From Syntrophales bacterium (lineage in GTDB: Bacteria > Desulfobacterota > Syntrophia > Syntrophales > PHBD01), in assembly GCA_963668175.1 (NCBI GenBank), contig OY764159.1, positions 3,200,001-3,264,000 of the forward strand: 64,000 nt of DNA, written 5' to 3'. The translations under genes were made by a program, and so were the position numbers. Shown piece by piece: positions 59,060 through 64,000 of the stretch (position 1 is its first letter; every line of letters begins with the position of its first letter). The notes below the pieces were generated by a model. That model was not told where the DNA came from and ran no database searches. It was given only the letters and a program-made list of their open reading frames with translations.

Positions 59060-60724
59060 ATGCCGGAGGTATTCCCCCGCATCCTGTTCGTCGACGACGA
59101 ACCTTTCATCCTCTCTTCCCTTATGAGACTCTTCCGCCAGGATGAATACGAGATCCTGACCGCATCCTCGGGAGAGGAGGGTTTGTCGGTCCTTCACAAA
59201 TACGACCCCATTCCGCTTATCATTTCCGATTACCGCATGCCCGGCATGAACGGCGTGGAATTTCTCGAACAGGTCTACCGCGAGAGGCCGGACACCGTGC
59301 GTATCATCCTGTCCCTTTATGCCGATCTCGATTCGGTTCTCGGCGCCATCAATAGGGGCCATGTTTACAGATTCATCGCCAAGCCCTGGGATGCCGTCGA
59401 TCTGAAAATCACGGTGGCGAACGCCGTCAAATTTTACGATCTCAATATCCGGAACAAAGAACTCAGCGCTTCGCTCAAACTTAAAAACGAGGAATTAAGC
59501 CGATTCAACGACCACCTGGAAGAATTGGTCGCGGAGAGAACGCACGATCTCTCTGCGGTGCAGGAAAAACTTATGCAATCGGAAAAGCTGGCAGCCGTCG
59601 GCACGCTCGCAGGCGGTATCGCCCACGATTTCAATAACATGCTTGCTGCCATCATGGGTTACACGGAAATGGCTTCTGTCGAATCCGATCATGAAACGAA
59701 AGAGCAATATCTCCGTCAGGTCCTGATTGCGGCAGACAGGGCCAAAAACCTCGTCAAGCACATACTCACATTCAGCCGGCAGACCAAACACGAGAAGAAA
59801 CCCGTGGATATGAAAATCATTCTCAAAGAATCCCTGGCCTTCATCCGTTCCACTCTTCCCTCTACGATCCAGACCCGTCACACTATCGCGGAAGGCGATT
59901 GCACCATCAACGCGGATCTGACGCAGATTCACCAGATCATTTTGAATCTTCTCACCAATGCGGCTCAGGCCATGGGCGAAAAGGGGGGATTGCTGGACGT
60001 CGCCCTTTCACGGATCATTGTGAATGCATCAGACTTGTCCCGACATCCCCAGTTGCCGTCGGGCTGTTATGCACGGCTGACCGTCACCGATACGGGAATG
60101 GGCATCGATCCGGCGATCAAATCCCGGATTTTCGATCCTTTTTTCACCACGAAGGATATCGGGGAAGGAACCGGTCTCGGTCTCTCCGTGGTTTACGGCA
60201 TCGTTGCCGATCACGGCGGAACCGTCAATGCCTACAGCGAGCCGGGCCAGGGGGCAACCTTCGAGGTCTGTCTGCCCTGTTCGAACCTTCCGGCTGTCAT
60301 TGCCGAAAGCCAGGAAGGTCTGCATTTAGCGGGAGGAAGGGAACGCATTCTCTTCGTGGACGACGACGCTACGCTCTGTACCATGGTCAGGCTCATGTTG
60401 AGATCCCTGGGATACACGGTAACGTCAATATCCAGCAGCACCGAAGCCATGGTGGCGTTTGAAGGCAGCCCGGCAAGCTTCGATCTCGTCATTACCGACA
60501 TGGTCATGCCCAGGACATCGGGCCTCGATCTCGCAAACCGGATCCGTCGCATCCGGCCGGAAATGCCGATATTGCTCTGCGCGGATATAAACAATGATAT
60601 AGACGCGGACGGAATCAGGCATGCGGGCATTGCCGCCGTTATCGAAAAGCCGTATTCAAGAGAGACGCTAGGCCTACTGATCCGCAAGGTTCTTGACCGG
60701 GACGGAGGATTGAAAAGCCTTTGA
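59060..60724 (+). CDS. Hybrid kinase REC-HisKA-HATPase-REC
   Basis: ILFVDDE...ISDYRMP; GGIAHDFNN; FFTTK; GTGLGL; LVITDMVMP. Confidence 0.93.
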   Translation: MPEVFPRILFVDDEPFILSSLMRLFRQDEYEILTASSGEEGLSVLHKYDPIPLIISDYRMPGMNGVEFLEQVYRERPDTVRIILSLYADLDSVLGAINRGHVYRFIAKPWDAVDLKITVANAVKFYDLNIRNKELSASLKLKNEELSRFNDHLEELVAERTHDLSAVQEKLMQSEKLAAVGTLAGGIAHDFNNMLAAIMGYTEMASVESDHETKEQYLRQVLIAADRAKNLVKHILTFSRQTKHEKKPVDMKIILKESLAFIRSTLPSTIQTRHTIAEGDCTINADLTQIHQIILNLLTNAAQAMGEKGGLLDVALSRIIVNASDLSRHPQLPSGCYARLTVTDTGMGIDPAIKSRIFDPFFTTKDIGEGTGLGLSVVYGIVADHGGTVNAYSEPGQGATFEVCLPCSNLPAVIAESQEGLHLAGGRERILFVDDDATLCTMVRLMLRSLGYTVTSISSSTEAMVAFEGSPASFDLVITDMVMPRTSGLDLANRIRRIRPEMPILLCADINNDIDADGIRHAGIAAVIEKPYSRETLGLLIRKVLDRDGGLKSL

Positions 60725-61169
60725 CATCTTAAGGTATAACGTCATGCCTCCTGCTGGATTACGCCTCGTACGATTTTTAAGATAATCTGCAGGATATGAA
60801 ACGTCCGGAAAATGGCGATAAGATACGCCCCGCCGTTCCATCCAATTCCTTTCACGATATGCGTTGAGCGGAAAAAGAAAGCATTATCAGGCATAATCCT
60901 GGCATGGTTTTTTAATGTCATGAACTGGAAACAGCGGTATTGGTCGCTGCCGGAGAGTCAATATTGAACCCACTAAGCTGTAAACATTGACATATCGCCA
61001 TTTACAAAAACAGCAGACTTCTTACCGGCGCTCGCGCCCGCACATGTCGCAGGATCGTCCGTCCGGCGGCAGCGGACGAATCCATAACTCCGGACACACG
61101 GTCTTCAACCTATGCAGGACATTGTTATTTCTGTAGACGGCTACACAGCCAAACAGCAAGGCGACCTGT

Positions 61170-64000
61170 ATGTCGGCTGATTCGGGACTCAAAAAAAAGC
61201 CTGTTTCCACGGTAATCATCGTACTTATCGGCACAGCGGCGACGGTCGTTCTCTTCCTGATCGTCCGGGACGTCGACTACCGGAGAATACAGGAATCTTT
61301 CAAGCGATCGGCGGACGAACGATATGCCGCCCTCCAGAGAGAAATCGAATCCGATTTGCAGATGCTCGTGTCCAGTAAGTCTATCGATGCCATTGATCCT
61401 CTCTTTAAGCGAAACGAATTCCGGGAATTCGTGCGTCCCTTGCTTGCCCGTTATCACGGGCGTCAGGGCATCGGCTGGGTGCCCAGGGTTCCCGATGTTG
61501 AGAGAAACATGTATGAAGAGAATGCCCGGCGGGATGGACATAGGCATTTCACTTTCAAGGAGCGCAATGCCCAGGGCGCCGTCGTAACCGCGGCGCGCCG
61601 TTATGAATACTATCCCGTCTACTATATCGAACCGCTCAAAGGCAACGAACCGGCCCTCGGATTCGACCTGGCATCGCACGCCGTCCGCAGGGAAGCGATC
61701 ATGAAAGCGATGAACAGGGGCGAGATGGCGGCCACCCGGAGGATCACCCTTCTCCCCGATGCTCTGAAGGCCGGACTTGCCGATCAATACGGATTTCTTG
61801 TTTTCGAACCGGTCTACAGGTCCGGGGCGAAAACGGATACGGTGGGCGACCGCCGCCGTGCCCTGAAAGGATTTATCCTGGGGGTCTACCGTACCGGCGA
61901 CATTGTGGAGAGGTCGGTGTCCTATTTGAAACCTGAGGCCATTGACATCATCCTTTACGCATCCTCCAACCGGGATAAAGATCATTTTTTATACCATCAC
62001 CAAAGCCGCTTACATGAAAAGGGGCCCGGCGAGGAATCAGCGGCCGCCGGAGAGGCATCGTTCGAATACACCCGGGAAATGGCCGTCGCAGGCCAGAACT
62101 GGCTGATCGTCTTTACACCCGGTTCGAGCTACGTCGGGCGGAACAGAAGCCCGTGGAGCTGGATGGTGTTGCTTTTCGGCACTATCACGACCGCAGTGAT
62201 ATATTCCTCCGTACGGGGAAGCATTCGATACGCCGAACGATTGTCCCTGATAAACGATGAATTAAGCAGGGAATCCCAGGAGCGTCGCCAGGTTGCCGAG
62301 GCTCTTCAGAAAAGCGAGGAACGCCTTCAATTGCAGATCGACCGGATGCCCATAGGCTGTATCACCTGGGATACTGATTTTCGCGTCGTATCCTGGAATC
62401 CGGCGGCTGAAAATATCTTCGGGTATACGGAGAAAGAGGCCATCGGCAAGTATCCCATCGAGTTGATTGCGCCCGAAGGTATGAATCCGTACGCGGAGGA
62501 ATTCACCCGTCAAATCATGGACGGTGGCATAACGGCCAACAATGTGCATAAAAATGTTACCAAAAACGGCCGGACGATCATCTGTTCCTGGTCCAATACG
62601 CCGCTTATCGAAAAGAACGGCCATATAATCGGTGCCCTGTCCATGGTCCAGGACATCACAGCGGCGAAGCGTTCAGAAGACCTCTATAAAACGCTGGCGG
62701 AACGGTCCCTGGTCGGCGTCTTCATCGTACAGGACGGCAAGTTCCGTTTTATCAATGAAAGCGGCAGTTCCTACACCGGCTATTCTACCGGGGATATCCT
62801 GGGGCGTAACGCGGATAACCTGATCCATCCGGACGACAAGGCCATGTGCTCCGTCATGGCCAGGGAAATGTTGTCGGATGCCCGTACGGAAGCATACGAA
62901 TACCGGATCATAAACAAGGATGGTCAGGTACGATGGCTATCCCAAAAGGTTACGCCTATCATTTACAACGACCGTCGGGCAATCCTTGGATATTCCCTGG
63001 ATGTAACCAATCTGAAGGAATCGCTGACCAGACTTAAGGAAATACGGGCGCTCGAATCGTCCATCATGTCGGCTATCCCCCACGTCGTCGTAGGAATCCA
63101 GGGCGACCATATCCTGTTCGTCAATGAAGCGGCCGAGTCGATCTTCGGCTGGAAGCCGGAGGAACTCATCGGCCGGACGCTCGACGTCTTCTGTCAGGAC
63201 GGAAACGAGTGCCGGGACCTGACCGGCCAGCTCCAGGCCGAAGCCGCACACGGGACGTCGGCCCGCCGGGAAACGGAAATTCATTGCCGCCACCGCGACG
63301 GGAGAAACATCGTCTGCAAAGTGACGTCCTGCCGGACCGGGGAGTCGGCCGGCGGCAAGATCGTCGCCATCTTTGAAGACGTCACCGCGAAGAAGATGTC
63401 CCAGATCCAACTGCTTCAGGCCGAGAAGATGGCCTCCATCGGCAAGCTTGCCGCGGGCGTGGCCCATGAGATCAACAATCCGACGGCCTTTGTCAGCAGC
63501 AACCTGAGAACCCTGTCCGAATATGTGAACGATATGATCACTATGAGAAAAGCACATGGTGAGCTGATTCAGAGACTGCACGTCATGAATTCCGAAGGAC
63601 GTCTTCCCGAGAATATCGTAAAAGAGATCCGGCAAGTGGAAGAGATTAAATCCCGATTAAAAATCGATCTTATCATCGAGGATGTCGTCGCCCTGATCGC
63701 CGAATCGCGGGAGGGAACGGAGCGGATATCCCGCATCGTCCAGGATCTGAAGAATTTCGCCCACCCCGGCGAAGAGAAGGAGACATCGTTCAACGTCAAC
63801 GAGAACGTCGAATCGACGCTCAACATCGTCTGGAACGAGCTGAAGTACAAAGCGGTCGTGCACAAGGATTACGGCGACATCCCCCGCATTCTGGGATATC
63901 CGCAACAGCTCAACCAGGTCTTCATGAACCTCCTGGTCAACGCGGCGCAGGCGATCAAGGATAAAGGGGAAATCCGGATATCGACGAAGTCCGATGGCGG
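61170..64000 (+). CDS. CHASE + 3 PAS sensor histidine kinase, truncated by the window end (absent from the ORF track)
   Basis: Manual translation from ATG 61170: TM, GIGWVPRV...YYPVYYIEPLKGNEPALGFDL (CHASE); in the same frame QLLQAEKMASIGKLAAGVAHEINNP and QLNQVFMNLLVNAAQA. Confidence 0.9.
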   Translation, partial: MSADSGLKKKPVSTVIIVLIGTAATVVLFLIVRDVDYRRIQESFKRSADERYAALQREIESDLQMLVSSKSIDAIDPLFKRNEFREFVRPLLARYHGRQGIGWVPRVPDVERNMYEENARRDGHRHFTFKERNAQGAVVTAARRYEYYPVYYIEPLKGNEPALGFDLASHAVRREAIMKAMNRGEMAATRRITLLPDALKAGLADQYGFLVFEPVYRSGAKTDTVGDRRRALKGFILGVYRTGDIVERSVSYLKPEAIDIILYASSNRDKDHFLYHHQSRLHEKGPGEESAAAGEASFEYTREMAVAGQNWLIVFTPGSSYVGRNRSPWSWMVLLFGTITTAVIYSSVRGSIRYAERLSLINDELSRESQERRQVAEALQKSEERLQLQIDRMPIGCITWDTDFRVVSWNPAAENIFGYTEKEAIGKYPIELIAPEGMNPYAEEFTRQIMDGGITANNVHKNVTKNGRTIICSWSNTPLIEKNGHIIGALSMVQDITAAKRSEDLYKTLAERSLVGVFIVQDGKFRFINESGSSYTGYSTGDILGRNADNLIHPDDKAMCSVMAREMLSDARTEAYEYRIINKDGQVRWLSQKVTPIIYNDRRAILGYSLDVTNLKESLTRLKEIRALESSIMSAIPHVVVGIQGDHILFVNEAAESIFGWKPEELIGRTLDVFCQDGNECRDLTGQLQAEAAHGTSARRETEIHCRHRDGRNIVCKVTSCRTGESAGGKIVAIFEDVTAKKMSQIQLLQAEKMASIGKLAAGVAHEINNPTAFVSSNLRTLSEYVNDMITMRKAHGELIQRLHVMNSEGRLPENIVKEIRQVEEIKSRLKIDLIIEDVVALIAESREGTERISRIVQDLKNFAHPGEEKETSFNVNENVESTLNIVWNELKYKAVVHKDYGDIPRILGYPQQLNQVFMNLLVNAAQAIKDKGEIRISTKSDG

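Noticed and set aside
60889..60904. Third sigma54-like site upstream of the CHASE kinase
   Set aside because: GG-N10-GC spacing is right but the -12 element reads TGGC rather than TTGC; too weak to call.

Overview
64 kb of GC-rich bacterial chromosome. Gene content (multi-PAS hybrid kinases, short dCache MCP, MtrAB, phasin-like small protein) is consistent with an anaerobic deltaproteobacterium, possibly Syntrophales-like; this is inference only. About 49 CDS are supported. They include c-di-GMP enzymes (EAL, GGDEF, HD-GYP), four histidine kinases (the last truncated by the window end), CspA, a B12-dependent radical SAM enzyme, MocR/DUF2917 and MarR/DUF4405 modules, a Liv-type ABC transporter, dapA, three outer-membrane beta-barrels and a decaheme MtrA/MtrB pair. 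No rRNA, tRNA, CRISPR array or transposase was seen. Most notable observations: (1) a candidate lysine-sensing leader-peptide attenuator upstream of dapA with a near-perfect antiterminator; (2) MtrAB without MtrC, with an operator-overlapped promoter and a divergent beta-propeller gene; (3) a cluster of a HisC-like aminotransferase, a three-subunit molybdenum hydroxylase and an MFS transporter, bracketed by two paralogous GNAT-like proteins; (4) a toxin-antitoxin cassette between duplicated copies of a gene's 3' end; (5) several readable operators (PhaR-like, Pho-box-like, sigma54). All calls come from manual motif reading; no database searches were run.
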